Of a stretch of DNA of 64,000 bases, positions 48,852 through 61,500 are shown in pieces. The stretch lies in contig NC_068984.1 in the NCBI RefSeq assembly GCF_001194135.2, positions 133,863,496 through 133,927,495 on the forward strand. Direction: 5' to 3'. A program made the position numbers and the translations under genes. Source of the DNA: Octopus bimaculoides. Its lineage: Eukaryota. The notes beneath the pieces were generated by a model. It worked only from the letters and a program-made list of their open reading frames with translations, searched no databases and had not been told where the DNA came from. Position 1 is the first letter of the stretch. Each line of letters begins with the position of its first letter.

Positions 48852-50012
48852 GTTGCCACCCTTCTCTGGCCCCTGTGCCTGGTGGCATGTAAAATGCACC
48901 CACTACACTCTAGGAGTGGTTGGTGTTAGGAAGGGCATCCAGCATTAGGAAATAGAAATCACAGAACAGAAGGTGCATGCTATAATGTTATGCAGCATTT
49001 AACTCAAGTCCCTTTATATTTTGAGTTCAAATTCTACCTCTGTCAGCTTTGCCCATCATCCTTATGGAAGTACTGGGGTAGATATATATGTATACACCAT
49101 TACACAAAATGTGAAGATTTGTGTCTATGTTAGACATCAAGGCAACAGTAAAAATAAAAAACAGTAATTTTAAAAGCCAGCTTCACTTACCAACAGCTAA
49201 ATGGACAGATAATGCAATTTTATTGGTTGTCAAACACCACATCCTCAAATTATGGATTGCTTTCACACCAGAAACATTATTTAATAACTCTTTCACCTGT
49301 GAAAACTTGAGGCTTCTTGGAACACCTAGGTGAGAAAACAAGAAAAAAAAAATGTCTGCAATTTCATACCTTATTTCAAAGCTTACGAACAAGAAATAAT
49401 TGGTATTCTCATAGAATATATTTATGATGCTAACATTAGACAAGTACAGTGTGGAAGACACATTAAGTCATTCAAAAACTCATTTAACAATCCTTGTGTG
49501 CTTTTGAATGGCTAATATGTGTCTTCTATGCTGTAATTGTTTTAGATTCAACACACAGTCTCAGATCAAATCACTTGCCTTACAAGTACATTTCTGTTAA
49601 CATCAGAAAATTTTCATAAACACCATTAATAGAGTTGATCTGTCAGTGAAGAAGAGAACTTTAATTTGCAGCTGTCTGATGTATGCGATACAAAATATTT
49701 CGCATACACATTCTCTCATGCACACTCATACAAACATACAAGCAGAAATGCATACACATTATATATAATTAACAATACATTCATACAAATATGCATACAC
49801 CTATCCATCAATACATACAAAGCGCACATATAAACATGAACATATACACATGCATATGTTTAAACACACAGGCATGCATGTAAGTGCACGCGTACACACA
49901 CACACACACAAACCTAGATATGTTGGGGTTCACCAAAGAAGAACAGAATAAGCCGATTCATATTCACCAAATGCAATTGATAAGAGGTACTGTGAAAATA
50001 TATATATATACA

Positions 50013-50073
<61 letters not shown>

Positions 50074-50210
50074 AGATAAATTCTTTATAAGAATTTATCA
50101 AGTAGTCAGCGTGAAAAAACCTCATAATGAAAAAAATAATGAAAAAAATTTCGTAATGAAAAAAAAATTCATTTTTTTCATAAATATATATAAATTTATA
50201 TAAAGGGCAT

Positions 50211-50268
<58 letters not shown>

Positions 50269-53200
50269 TATATAAACGTGTGTGTGTGTGTGTGTGTTTC
50301 TATTTCTGTTTTACAGCTATTTTTCAGGTGTAGTATGGGTGATCTTTTTTGTTTAGTTGTAGTAATTTGTGGATGTCCTCTCATTCATTAATTACTCATG
50401 CATCCAACCATGAAGTAGGAAGCAATTATGAAATATATGTAGACATTTATAGTGTCTATAATTAACATCACAAAAGATACAAAAAGAATAAATTGTCTTA
50501 AATTACAGTAACTTGTATGACACACAAAGAAACCACAGTAAGCATTAAAAGAAAAACAAAAAAAAAAGCTACGTTTTTAATTTTGCCCATGTTTTTTCCT
50601 ATAGTATTTGAGAATTGAATACATCGGCATCATCATTTGGAAGCTTTTTTCCATGTTGGATGGTTAAACAGGATCTGACAGGTCTAAGGACTGAGTTGAG
50701 CTCCAGTGTACGTTTTGGAATGGTTTCTACAGTTAGATGCCCTTTCTAACACCAACCGCTTTATAGAGTGTACTGGGTCCTTTTTTGTGTCACCATACCA
50801 GTGACACAGTGAAACAAATATATTATAATCTTTCTCTTTCATCGATCAAACATCTAACTCCTTGCATGTACAAAATCATACAACAATGTAACGACCAAGC
50901 TGTATATCAATTTCTGGAAAGTTCTACCCTTTCATCAAGCTGTTCTCCTTTTATTATTGGGTAACCCTACCAAGCCTCTTCATGTCCATTAATTGACTAA
51001 TGAATTAAGTAATTTGTCAAGTTTTTAGTCATGATTCTTTGAAATATCAAGGCTGGATTTTAGTCATTGATGCTCCTAAGGATCTTAGCTTAGATTTCAT
51101 AGCATTAAGTGAATAAGAGATGAATTATTTCCTTTATAAGGATCCAATGTTTGTCCTGTTACAATCTCAGATGATATACCAGTAATTATATAAATCTGAA
51201 CAGTGCAGAAGTATGCATATTTCCTAAACATATAATGAAAAGCACACAGTAGTTTTAATGGTGTTTTTCTTGTGGGATATACTGGATTTTAGGACATATA
51301 TATGATTTTGGTCTTTTGATATGTAATACTCCTACTCATTTCAAGATTGTGTTTTTGCTCTTTATCTCACCAATACACTACAACCTTTCACTCACAGATG
51401 TACTGTCTCTTCTGTCTGTCTATTCCATTGCCATTATTCATACCACGTTCCAGTGAATCAGGTAGCTGCAAACCACCTTGACCGAAGCCCTAAAGTCATA
51501 CTCCATGACCTTCTTTTAGTACTTTTACTGTATTTTGTTTATTGCTTAGTCAGAATGGACTTGCAGTGCCAATGATCCCCTGTAGAGTCTCTGAGGTTGG
51601 TGGAAGGGTGTGAGGATCATATCTTCAAATCAGTAATCTGGCTTGATTGCTTACAGGTTGACTTCTGCTAGAGGCTTCCAATATGCAGGCAATGGTGTTA
51701 AACCAGAGGTAGGACTAAGTGATGAGAGTTGATCACAGAATGCAAAGTACAGAAATAGGTGGCAAAACACATCGAATCCAACCCTCTGATGATTCTATCA
51801 GTCCATGCTCTAGACTGGTGCTTTATTTATTGACCCTGGAAGGATGGAAGGCAAAGTTGACTTTGGCAGAATTTGAGCTCAGAATGCAAGAAGATGGAAT
51901 AATTACCACAAAATATTTTGTCCTATGCACTAACAACTCTACCAATTTGGTTCCAGGACCTGGTCAAACCAATCTTACTCAACCCTTCCTCTCTAGGATA
52001 TTACCTCTCTGCAATTTCCTCCGCACTCAAGTTTTTTTCTGCAGATGTCAACATAAAAATGTTTAAGCTGGTTATCAGTCTTGATGGTCCTGTGATGATC
52101 CTGTAATGACGCTGTAAAGGGCACAGCCCCTCCTCGTTCGACCAGCCATAAATAAACAAATAGAAAACAGGTGAAAGAAAATGGACGAGAGAAACTTACC
52201 TTCCATTAATACATTAATGATGTCACGTAATATGGTAACTGTTGAAATAAACACAAACACTGAAAATATGAATGTACAAATGGGATCAGCTATCTTGTAT
52301 TCCGGCTGCAAAGAGATAGAGAAAAGAGTATATTGAATACACACATATATGTGTATTTATATATATAATGTGTGTGTGTGTGTACAAGTTTAGTTGTGCC
52401 ATTAAGAAGTTTGCTTCCAAACCATATGCCTTATGATCATGGGTCGAATACCTTGATCATTAAGCCACTCACCTCCATACTCATACACACAAGAGGCAGA
52501 TACATATACAGAAACACATACATAGAAGTCCATACACAAACTATTTAGTCAGACATTCAAATATCCAAGTGGAGGCGCAATGATCCAATGGTTAGGACAG
52601 CAGACTCGCAGTCATAGGATCACGGTTTCGATTCCCAGACCGGGCGTTGTGAGTGTTTATTGAGCGAAAACACCTAAAGCTCCACGAGGCTCCAGCAGGG
52701 GATGGTGGCAAACCCTGCTGTACTCTTTCACCACAACTTTCTCTCACGCTTACTTCCTGTTTCTGTTGTGCCTGTAATTCAAAGGGTCAGCCTTGTCACA
52801 CTGTGTCACGCTGAATCTCCCCGAGAACTACGTTAAGGGTACACGTGTCTGTGGAGTGCTCAGCCACTTGCACGCTAATTTCACGAGCAGGCTGTTCCGT
52901 TGATCGGATCAACTGGAACCCTCGTCATCGTAAGCGACGGAGTGCCAACAACAACAACAAATATCCAAGTATTCGAAATTTTCCTGAGTGGTCTCTGGCT
53001 TTCAAAGCTAAAGCTGTTCCTAACATTAGCAAATATGTTGGAGAAAATGTTTTCCCCGTATTTTTTAGATATGCTTTTACTCTAAATCTGTTTCTGAATT
53101 ACTGTTTTTTTATATTTGTAACTGAAGTACTTTACTTTCCTCCCCTACTTTGTTCAATTGAGAATACGTAAAGTGGAAGACTAACCTTAAAGTATATAAT

Positions 53201-54393
53201 GTATGCAGCTATAAGTACTCCCACACTCTGTAAAAGGTCTCCTATTACATGAATAAATGCAGCTTTGACATTGATGTTTTTATGTTTTTTCTTATTTAAG
53301 TCTTCTTCCAGAGACATGTCATTACTGGATCCATAACTTTTGGTTTCAACAAGTAATCGATTCTCTTCGTCATTGTGGTGATGGTTTAATCCATGACTGT
53401 GACCATGTGAGTGTTTGTGTAAAACCAGTGCAATCCTACAAGGAAACAGAAAAAAGACATGAAAAAAAAATGTTTTTTCAAGTATCTAAACAGTAATTAA
53501 ACAGTTATAACAGTGACAAGACATAGGCCTGGTATATACAGGGTAACTGTAAAATCTGGATATATCTGTACTGTTGTTTTTCTTGAAATGCCCATTCTTT
53601 GCTGATCTTTGTATCGGCCAGTGGCTTGGAAAAGCTTCCATACTTGAACAGAAGCCGTTTTGCTGCATCCTAATTAATGTCCATGAAGGACACATTTTGC
53701 TGATGAAGCAACACGATCTTTGATCTAGTAACTGGGCTGATACTACAATGCTTTCCCATAGGAAATTAATGTGTAACACTGCTCAATTATTAAACATAAC
53801 AGTGCAGTACAACCAACCATATGACCACCCATCTGGTTTATTAATTTGCATAATCTTGGTATGGTCTTAAACTTATTTTGCCGACAATTTATAATCATTT
53901 GAATTAATTGTGCATTAAAATTAGTTGAATTGTAGAAAGATATATAACACCTATATCATCCAAAAGAGAAAAGAATTCTACATAAACTGTAAAAAGTAAA
54001 ATATTTTTATACAATTTTGTTATATATTAATGAAAGAATAGAACTGCCACCATCGGTCTTAAACTTATTTTGGCCAGTGTATAAGCAAAAATGCATATTT
54101 GCAATAATTTTATTTAACTACATTAATAAATAGTGGAGGTATCGTCGTCGTCGTTTAACGTCTGCTTTCCATGCTAGCATGGGTTGGACGATTTGACTGA
54201 GGACTGGTGAAACCAGATGGCTACACCAGGTTCCAATCTGATTTGGCAGAGTTTCTACAGCTGGATGCCCTTCCTAATGCCAACCACTCAGAGAGTGTAG
54301 TGGGTGCTTTTACGTGTCACCAGCACGAAGGCCAGTCAGGCGGTACTGGCAACGGCCACGCTCAAAATGGTGCATTTCATGTGCCACCCGCGC

Positions 54394-54438
<45 letters not shown>

Positions 54439-55858
54439 TTTCATGTGTCACCCGCACATGAGCCAGTCCAGGGGAACCAGCAATGATCTCGCTCGAAAAT
54501 CCTACAACAGCCCCGCACAAGAGCCAGTCCAGTGGCACTGGCAATGGTCTCGCTTGAAAAATTTCTTGTGTCACCCGCACAAGAGCCAGTCCAGGGGCAC
54601 TGGCAACGATCTCACTCGAAAGATTTCATGTGCTTTAATATTTAGGTGTTGGATTCATGATTGAAAGATTGTGGTTTCAGTTCCTAGACCTGGTGAAGCA
54701 TTGCGTTCTTGAGCAAAACACTTCCTTTCATATTGCTCCAGTCTGCTCAGCTGGTTGAAATGAGTAATCCTGCAATGGACCCCAGCATCACATCCAGGGG
54801 CAAATATATATGTCAGGGAGACCAGAAACCAGCTCTTTGCTCCTTACAGAGTAATGTGGACTAACTCACATTAATGAATAACATTTTAAACATGGTTTCC
54901 ATCATTAGTAACCAGACTTTATAGTCCTTTTGTTTATATATTGGTGCAGTCATGGCTGTGTGGTTAAGAAGTTTGCTTCCCAACCATGAGGTTTCAGGTT
55001 CAGTCCCTCTGTGAGGTACTTTGGGTAAGTGTCTTTTACTATAGCCCTGGGTCTTGAGCATGGATTTGATAGATGGAAAATGAAAGAAACCCATAAAGTG
55101 TCTTGCTCAAGAACTCAACACAGCCTGGTCCAGGAATCGAACTCACTACCTCATGATTGTGAGCCCAAATGCTCTAACCACTAGAACATTGACAACTGGT
55201 GTTGGTTCATTTACATCTCTGTAACTTAGAGGTTTCACAAAAGAGACCAACAAAATAAGTATCAAACTTAAAAAAGTAATAACTGGGGTCGATTTGTTCA
55301 ATTAAACCCTTCAAAGCATTGCCCTAGCATGGCCATAGTTCAATGACTGAAACAAGTAAAAGACAAAAATTGAAAAGGAAACACTAATGACTTACAGTAC
55401 ATTGATGAAGATTCCTGCTGCTGAGGTGATTATCATGATAGTGGCATTTATCTCGTAGTCTTCATTGATAACTCTCAAGATAGCTAGGTAAATCAAAATG
55501 GCTGTCACCACCCATATAAAGAGGACAGATACAAGAGCACCAAGAATTTCTGAAAGACAACACATAAGAGGGTATGAGACATTTTGGTCTGGCTTATTTG
55601 ACATCATTGATTTGATGCTGACTTATTTGGCATCACATGTTTTAATGCTTCACTCATTCACTCTTCCTACCTTTTTATGTGTACAATCGTTTCGTACATA
55701 GATATAAATTCATTTTAGAATTTGCAAATATCAAAGTACTCATCAGTGCAGAGAAAAAATAATAACAGGAACTATCCAACTTCTCTGCTTTTTGGATCTA
55801 TTTATCCATTCCTATCTATGTGTGAAAGTGATCGGAGTCATGTTAATTATTACCCTCC

Positions 55859-55896
<38 letters not shown>

Positions 55897-57398
55897 TCAT
55901 CATCATCATCATCGTTTAACTCTGCTTTCCATGCTAGCATGGGTTGGACGATTTGACTGAGGACTGGTGCAACCGGATGGTTACACCAGGCTCCAATCTA
56001 ATTTGGCAGAGTTTCTACAGCTGGATGCCCTTCCTAACGCCAACCACTCAGAGAGTGTAGTGGGTGCTTTTACGTGTCATATATATATATATAACGTTCT
56101 CTCTTTCTGTCTGTATGTGCATATTTCTATATCTGCATACATGTGTGTGTGAGTGTGATTGCCTCTTGAGCCAAAACGTACTGTCACCAAAACAGATTCA
56201 ATATCCAGTTGGTTATGACGATGAGGGTTCCAGTTGACCCGATCAATGGAACAGCCTGCTGGTGGAATTAATGTACAAGTGGCTGAGCACAGACACACGT
56301 ACTCTTAATGCAGTTCTCAGGGATATTTAGTCCGACACAAAGTGTGACAAGGCTGACCCTTTGAATTACAGGTACAATTCATTTTTGCCAGCTGAGTGGA
56401 CCGGAGCAATGTGAAATATAGTGTTTTGATCAAGGCCACAACACACTGCTGGGTATGAAACTCACAACATTACGACCATGAGCTGAATATCTTAACCACT
56501 TAACCATCTGCCTTCCAACCTGTCTGCAATACTTGTACAACAAATATCAAACAAGGTGAAAAGAAGGCAATTATATTTATACACTGATAGCAATAACAAA
56601 ATCAACAAGAAGCTAAAACATGGCAGTATATTATGTTTTCTTAGACAGGTGAAGTGTTACTAGATTCTAATCTTAAAGTAAACTGATTAATTACAGCTAG
56701 ACAAAACAAAATGTTTAAAATATGTCAGTGATGTCCTAAAATAGCTAAAACTGATTCATTAAAAGAGAATAACAATGGAATGAATCTATAAAAGTATTTG
56801 TGAGAAAAATTTGATTCAAAGTTATTTGATTTAGTTTAGTGATTTGGAAAATGGAATCGTAAGGAGAATATACTGCTAGGTAGGTATTTAATGGATGACT
56901 TTCGTCTTTTAAAGGTTCTGGAGTATCTCTCTATTATCAGTAAGAGGAAGAGGAAATAAAAAAGGGGAAAGGATACTTGAAATAGATAGGTAGGCACATA
57001 CATCCAATCAGGCGGTTCTGGCAACGACCACGCTCAAAAGGTGTTAATTAAATGCTACCTGCCAGTCTGGCGGTGATATATATATATATATATATCAAAA
57101 CAGGAGATTGGAAAAAACATTTTGCTATCATTTATTCACCATTACACATGTTTCATTTGCTAATAGGAGATACATGTTTCTCTTACATATCTTCAGACAG
57201 AGAATCAAATAATTTTCTGTTATGGCATGTAATTACTCTGCAAATAATATTTTCCAGTATTTTCAACCGTAATGCATACCTCACAAATATAACATTTAGA
57301 TGCATGCCTCACAAATATAACATTTAGATACAAACTTTGGATTACTAGAACGAATAAATGTGTTTCAAGAAGAAAAGACATCTACTTATTCCAATACT

Positions 57399-57453
<55 letters not shown>

Positions 57454-58318
57454 NNNNNNNNNNNNNNNNNNNNNNNNNNNNNNNNNNNNNNNNNNNNNNN
57501 NNNNNNNNNNNNNNNNNNNNNNNGAGAGAGAGAGAGAGAGAGAGAGGTAGGTGTGTGCGTGTGCGTGTGCGTGCGTGTGTGTGTGTGTGTGTGTGTGGCT
57601 GGTTAAATTTAGAGGAAAACTCAGACAAAACTTGGGAAAAAACATGTCAGCTGGTTTTTGTGCATCTCTTTCATGTTTTCTCAACATTGGAATGATTTAT
57701 GTTCTCATCTTCATCCCATAATTTCACAGGAAAAAAAATCTCTTGGGGTCATCCTTCAGAGGTGTCCAATCTTATACATTTATCCCACTTTCCAACTGAC
57801 ATTTATTATACAATTCCATCTCCAAAATTTTCTTGCATTTCATCATGCACTTTCCAGGTGTTGTTTAGATCCAGTTGGGTACAATCCTGTCTTTTTTTGT
57901 TCATTATCCACTGTGCACTCCCATCATTTTCAATGTTCTCTTTTTATCAAGAGAGCTGAAGCTGAGTGTGATTTGAAGATATTTTGGCTATGTGACAACA
58001 TAGGTTTTCAGTTAGGTAATTCAGATTCATGTATGTTCCTTTTTAATTCTTCAATACTCAAAATAAGGATTTATAAACTTAATGACCTAAAGAAATATGT
58101 CATACATGGCAATTAGAAAACTGGAAAAATTATTTACAAAAGAAGGAAAATAGTAAAATGCGCATACTAACCTGCCCGGTGCCATCCAAAACTATATTTC
58201 TTTGTAGCTGGTCGTGATGCCAAGTAAACTGAGAGTAAACTAATAATAAAACTGACAAAGTCTGTGAGAAGGTGCGCAGCATCTGTCATAATTGCAAGAC
58301 TGTCAGCTAAATAACCAC
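47559..58318 (-). CDS. SLC30A2: Zinc transporter of the SLC30/CDF family, ZnT2/3/8-like, spliced; 6 exons found, TM1/N-terminal exon(s) not found
   Basis: Contains DAAHLLTD (TM2 HxxxD), FGWHRAEILGAL, a His-rich loop, AAFIHVIGD (TM5 HxxxD), [19 protein letters not shown] and a C-terminal CxxC. Exon phases join cleanly. The symbol denotes the subfamily; one-to-one orthology was not established. Confidence 0.93.
47864..48522. mobile_element. Non-autonomous Tc2/pogo-like TIR element (MITE) in the last ZnT intron
   Basis: 25-nt TIRs matching 22/25 (TCGTAAATCCTTGAGTATAGTCCGC vs CCGTAAATCCTCGAGTATAATCCGC), TA on both sides, no transposase ORF. Confidence 0.8.
49191..49325 (-). CDS. SLC30A2: ZnT exon (C-terminal domain): [45 protein letters not shown]
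   Basis: Acceptor tcacctag|GT, donor GTTG|gtaagt, 135 nt, phase 1-1. Confidence 0.95.
52200..52305 (-). CDS. SLC30A2: ZnT exon (TM6): [35 protein letters not shown]
   Basis: Acceptor ctttgcag|CC, donor GAAG|gtaagt, 106 nt, phase 0-1. Confidence 0.95.
52571..52957 (+). mobile_element. Full-length tRNA-derived SINE with a 13-bp target-site duplication (antisense in a ZnT intron)
   Basis: tRNA-like head with A/B boxes (GGAGGCGCAATGATCCAATGGTTAGG...GGTTTCGATTCCC), (CAA)n tail, and CAAATATCCAAGT at both 52558-52570 and 52958-52970. Older relatives lie near 29870-30170, 44660-44970 and 56190-56510. Confidence 0.88.
53186..53435 (-). CDS. SLC30A2: ZnT exon (His loop and TM5): [83 protein letters not shown]
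   Basis: Acceptor ccttgtag|G, donor TAAG|gttagt, 250 nt, phase 2-0. Confidence 0.94.
54144..54620 (-). mobile_element. SINE family C (RTE-like 3' end with (GAT)n tail, internal tandem modules); representative copy
   Basis: Shared segment GTTTAACGTCCGCTTTCCATGC...CAGCTGGATGCCCTTCCTAA recurs at about 3555-3890, 11917-12397 and 55895-56080 (-), and at 10715-11165 and 39842-40347 (+). Confidence 0.85.
55396..55549 (-). CDS. SLC30A2: ZnT exon (TM3-4): [51 protein letters not shown]
   Basis: Acceptor tctttcag|AA, donor TACT|gtaagt, 154 nt, phase 1-2. Confidence 0.95.
58172..58318 (-). CDS. SLC30A2: ZnT exon (TM2): [49 protein letters not shown]
   Basis: Acceptor aattttag|GT, donor GCAG|gttagt, 147 nt, phase 1-1. 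Confidence 0.95.
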
Positions 58319-58544
58319 CTAAAATTAAACAAAATACCTTTAGTTTTGGTAGAATTTTTACATCCACATTAACATGTTAAGAAGATCTGCACAAGACTGA
58401 GAATTCAGAACTGGAGTCATGGAGTCAGAAGTAATTATTGGGTTGTTAGAGTCAGAGCCAATACATTTCCATTGACTCTGAGTAAATGCAAACTGTAATG
58501 CAATGTATTAACATTTCCAATTTCACAGATAGCGATTTAACTCA

Positions 58545-58579
<35 letters not shown>

Positions 58580-61500
58580 TCTTTTACTTGATTCAGTCAT
58601 TTGACTGTGGCCATGCTGGAGCACCGCCTTTAGTCGAGCAAATCGACCCTAGAACTTATTCTTTGTAAGCCTAGTACTTATTCTATTGGTCTCTTTTACC
58701 GAACTGCTAAGTTACGGGGACGTAAACACACCAGCATCGGTTGTCAAGCGGTGTTGGCGGGGACAAACACATACACACACACACAGAGACATACATATAT
58801 ATATATATATTCTTTTACTTGATNNNNNNNNNNNNNNNNNNNNNNNNNNNNNNNNNNNNNNNNNNNNNNNNNNNNNNNNNNNNNNNNNNNNNNNNNNNNN
58901 NATATATATATATATACGATGGGCTTCTTTCAGTTTCCGTCTACCAAATCCACTCACAAGGCTTTGGTCGGCCCGAGGCTATAGTAGAAGTCCACCCCAA
59001 AGGTTGGAGTGGACTGCACCTGCCTACCTTGGTTGCTATGGCACTGATGTAGATCCGGCCACTCCTGTTAACAGGAACAAAACCTGGATTTAAAAACACT
59101 GGATGAGTTGTAAATAATCAAATCAGATTTAACTCTTTTGGCAAACCTGCCTGAATCTGCCCTTGGTTCCATAATACAAATTTACTGTTTTATTGTGGTC
59201 TAAATTAAAAGTCTCCATCAAAATGTAAAGTTTGATTTTTTTTTATTTAAGACTTGCCACTATGGTCATTTCAACCTCCACGAGGTTTATCAAATGCAAA
59301 GTATGCTCATACCTTTGCTCTTGATCCAATCTGCTTTAAATGTTTATTTGATTATCTGCCAACTGAGTTTCATTGCAATATCTTAAAATCATTATACTGC
59401 TTCAAAAGCTCACTTCTGTCTGATGATCACTTATGTGAAACTCAAGTAATAAACAGCCTATGAAATTTTTTTTACCTTCAGTAACACACATACACACACA
59501 AACACACTCTCTCTCTCATAGTAAACTAATGTTGGGGCTCCTTTATGCCAAAATATAATTTTGTAATTTGCAGAGTATAATAACAAATTTGTTTTCAGAG
59601 CTGTTAACAATATACCATATTTACTCATATAGAAGTCACATTATTATTTTCAGTCGTGTTTGTTTGTCTGTGGACAAGATATCTCAAGAACCACTGGATG
59701 GATTCGGATGAAACTTTCAAGGCTGGGTGGCCTCATGGCTCGCATGAAATGATTAGATTTTGGGAGCAATCCGGTACCAGACAAGGGTTCTGGATTATTT
59801 TTCCTGTTTTTTTACTTAATTTTTAAGAGCAGTCAGGTTCATCTTTAGTATTCTCATTTGTGAGAGCAGTTGAGTTTATTTCAGATATTCTCATTTTAAA
59901 AATCATCTCTGGCTAATCATTGAGAGGACGTTGGTGTTACCTTGGTGGATGTTTGCACTCTCTGAGTGTTCTTGTTTTATACTTGATTTTAACTGAAACC
60001 TAGTGTGTAATTTATACATGATGAGGGGTGGGCAGCTTATATATAGGGGCAAGTTTGAATATGAAAGGAAAAAATTTTGTACCAATAACACTAAATAAGG
60101 GGTGAGACTTATGCACAAGTGTGACTTATACATGAGTGAGTACAGTAGATATGATTGCTAAGTTGAGACTGACTGACATGAATGAAAATGAATGCCTGTT
60201 ATAACAATCAGGTGAGACTTAGTATATTCAAAAATTGCTGAGTGTTAGATTTCCATTTATGATACAGATAAACAAGTAAATCAGAGCAAATGGTTTCAAA
60301 GTGTCACTTTTCACATAGGGAGGGTGGAGGAGGGAGAGGTGGTGACAAGCAAAAGAGATAAATAACTAATTGAACTTATATTGAACCTAGTAGAAATAGT
60401 CTTGGCCTTGTAACTACAAAGCATAAATGTTGCTAATCTATTTTTAAGTACTAATTTCTTTGTTATTTCTTAGTCATCTTTCTGAAATGTTCCAAATGTT
60501 GTTTTTGATGATTGTAAAATACTTTGTAAAAGTTATCCACTATATTTCAGTGTTTTAAACATTTTAATATTTTTTTCCCATTATTCAATATTCTATATTC
60601 AACTTATTCTAAGAAGTTGAATCGTTTTGCCAATACACACATCATCATTATTTTAATGTCCACTTTTCCATGCTTGAATAGGTCAGATGGAAATTGTTGA
60701 GGTGCATTTTCTATGGCTGGATGCCCATCCTGTCCCAAACCCTCACTTGCTTCCAAGTAAGCTAACATTTCCCCATGACCAGACTTATTTTTATAAAAGA
60801 TTGGAAATGAAGGACACCATTTATATGATACTGACACTAATTTACAACTATCAGACAATGTCAAGATTAGGAGACAATAACACACACACACATATATGTG
60901 CATATACACATATATATATGTACACACACACACAAGGCTTGGTTCAGTTTCCATCTATCAAATCCACCCGCAAGGCTTTGGATAGCCCAGAGCTATATTA
61001 GAAGACACTTGCATGTGGTGGGATTGAACTCAAAACAATAGATTGGGAAGTAAACTCCTTACCACACAGCTGCTCCAGCACACGGTTGAGTAGAATATTT
61101 CCAGGCAAGTACCTGCACCGAAATAATGTTTTTTTATCAACCCCCAAAAGATGAAAGATAAAATTGACCTTCATAGAATTTGAACTCAGAACATAGTGAG
61201 CTTCAACACACATCACTAGGTATTTCACCTGAAGATGTAACGACTCTGCCAACTTGCCTTGACCGCTTCTCTGTCCACGAGTTGAATTCAATATTAAAAA
61301 AAAAATTTTTTTTTTAAATCAACATCATTGTCATCATCATCATCATCATGTGCTAAAATTTCTGCATTCAAACTAAACCAAACTAATGATGAAGATACAT
61401 AACATTTTATCACAGCACACGGCAAGGAATTTTAAAAAAAATATTTCTTTGTCACTTTCTTTGTCATTTTGAAACGGCTGTGCAAATAAAGTTTTGTTGA

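Noticed and set aside
52571-52645. tRNA-like sequences at SINE heads
   Set aside because: A/B boxes are present, but they continue into SINE bodies and lack a clean cloverleaf.
54340-54620. Repeat-spacer-like look of the internal SINE modules (CRISPR-like)
   Set aside because: The units are tandem and degenerate, with no unique spacers, no cas genes, and a eukaryotic context.
11990-56152. Recurring [32 protein letters not shown] (11990, 54207, 55967, also 3555)
   Set aside because: It is the antisense reading of SINE family C, not a gene family.
57272-57327. 28-bp tandem duplication in a ZnT intron
   Set aside because: A simple two-copy slippage duplication (one mismatch) with no sign of function.
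3185-58957. Long ORFs containing runs of X (e.g. 6712-7404, 13933-14810, 20070-21126, 27864-28520)
   Set aside because: They are open only because N-gaps contain no stops; the flanks are microsatellites.
59420-59448. CTGATGA-TCACTTATGT-GAAAC...GTA
   Set aside because: The 10.1-11.1 position is U-U and no stem I can form; a chance match.
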